From: Azolla caroliniana
Taxonomy: Eukaryota > Plantae > Polypodiophyta
Direction: 5' to 3'
Length of the DNA stretch: 64,000 bases
NCBI GenBank assembly: GCA_043228905.1
Contig: JBHGNT010000020.1
Coordinates: 6,758,001-6,822,000, forward strand
The position numbers were made by a program, and so were the translations under genes. The stretch's first letter is position 1. Each line of letters begins with the position of its first letter. The notes under the pieces are model-generated. The model ran no database searches. It saw only the letters and a program-made list of their open reading frames with translations, and was not told where the DNA came from. Below are positions 62,400-64,000 of this stretch, piece after piece.

Positions 62400-63635
62400 A
62401 TAAGATTGTGGTCGGAGACTGGAGTCGTCGAAGTTGTGCATTTTCGTAAGATTCAAGTTTGAGGACAAGCTATAATTGGTCGTTCGTCGTCATATTCTTC
62501 CAGTAGTTTAGTGATTTCACCTATGTGTTTAGTTGTGAGCTCCCCGAAATCAGCTGACAATTCATCCCGAATTACCCTTAGACTCGCCTAGTCCAATTCA
62601 TAAAATCCATTACCGTTTTTTTTTTTTGTTCTCCTGATCGGCCCTTAGCAGTTGTAATTCTATTGCTTGAGTCGACCAGGTCTTCCTTGTTCGAGGGATG
62701 ATGTTATTTTCTTGTGCAGTCTTTGCTTATGTCGGTTTAAGATAGCTTGAATCTTTTGTTCGCCCATGCTGAGTCGATTTTTCAGAGCCTTCATTTCAAT
62801 CTGTGGCTCATCTTATCGAGCTATTGCTGAGTCTTGTGCAATTTGAAATTTAGATTTTGCCCACTAAGAGTGAGGTTCACGCTTGTTCGTATTTCTCCAT
62901 GAGCTTCTTGATTTGTTGCGTTATTTTGTCTTGGTCATCTTGGAAATCTTGGCACATCTTTTCCCTTTCTACTTTGAATTTTGTTGTGTGTCTTTGGCAA
63001 ATCTCCTCCTGGGCCTTCATGTCCTTGTTGAGATTAGCTATTATTTGTTGTTTCCGATCAAAAGGAATTTTGAGGTGTCGGTGTTCGTACTGGAGTTTGT
63101 CAAATTCTTCTTGTCATGCTCAAAGTGTGTCATTGATGTGTTTTTGAAATACTTCGACCTGTTGATGTGCTGTCTGAAGTCGGCCCCATAGTTAATGGAC
63201 TTTAGCGTCAACAGTCTCTAGTTTTTTATTTGCCTTGTCGAGTAGATCCTCCTTTTGTTGCAATTCTTCCCACAGACGCTTGTCCGGTACGAGAACAATT
63301 GCGTGGTCATAAGTTTGGAGTTGTTCTTCTGCATCCTTTAGCTTCGAATTAGCTTGTTGTAGTCATTCTGCTAACTGTGTTTTCGCTTGAGTGGATTTCG
63401 ACCACTCCATTAAGTCTGCCACCTTCATTGTACGTTTACTTACTTGAGCCATATCTTTTGCGACCCTAATCGTATTGGCAAGTTGTTCATGCACATTGAC
63501 CAATGCTCTATGCAGAGGTGGCATCTGGAAAGCTCTTCCTTTATTCTTTGCTTCCCTCTGACGTCTTATTCGATAAAGGGCTTGCTGGTCTTCAGGCTCG
63601 ATGTCACCTTGTGTTGGGAAAACATGTCCCTCCAT
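62400..63635 (-). pseudogene. Fourth, divergent fragment of the Gypsy aORF (C-terminal half)
   Basis: GDIEPEDQQALYRI..AKDMA matches D GEIEPQEDRALQKI..AKDMA; WSTQAIELQLLRAD at ~62637-62678. Confidence 0.78.
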
Positions 63636-64000
63636 ATGGGAAGAAGAGTATGAGCTAAATCGGCTTATCGGCTTTGGCCGAAATCAAGAATTGAAATCGG
63701 AAATCCATTATATAACAGATTCGGGAGACTATATTTGTAAATAGTTTGAATGTGCCCCATGTGGGTTATATCTGTAAATAACCAAAAAGTTGTATAAGTA
63801 TAAATACAACTAGCGTAAAATTTGTTAGCGAGTTGTATTATCATTAGTTGTTAAATAGTTGGAGAATGTGGTTGCCTCTGTAACTGTGAGAGAGTGAGAG
63901 TTAACGAGTAACTCTACGGTCGTCAATCTGACGAAGGAGAGCTTAAGGTTGTTGCTTTTGAAGCTTCTCATTGTACTCCTCCTATCATAGTGATTTGTTT

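Noticed and set aside
63640-64000. Possible LTR start at the window end
   Set aside because: No partner, PBS or TSD is visible within the window.

Overview
Gene-free, retrotransposon-saturated plant heterochromatin; the element mix suggests a moss or other non-seed plant (inference). No host gene, rRNA, complete tRNA gene or CRISPR array was found. Target-site duplications (TSDs) resolve three nests. (1) Minus-strand non-chromovirus Gypsy A (2324-12091) hosts Copia K1 (<1-2323) and Gypsy B (4903-10581, TSD GAATT). (2) Copia E contains Copia C (13613-40077, TSD GTGTG), which contains Gypsy D (17681-38689, TSD CAGAA), which contains gag-only element F (23528-28601, TSD CCGT) and Copia K2 (32088-37955, TSD GAGGT). 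(3) Copia G contains Copia H (48021-58100, TSD ATTTT), which contains a solo LTR interrupted by Tcn1-like chromovirus I (49567-54863, TSD CTCAT). A degenerate LINE and another Gypsy fragment close the window. The most unusual signal is in Gypsy B and D: neither has a polypurine tract next to the 3' LTR. Both instead carry a sense copy of a tRNA-Arg 3' half ending in CCA 2 nt before the LTR, with a covarying hairpin. The same lineage carries a conserved ~890-aa extra ORF, present in four divergent copies.
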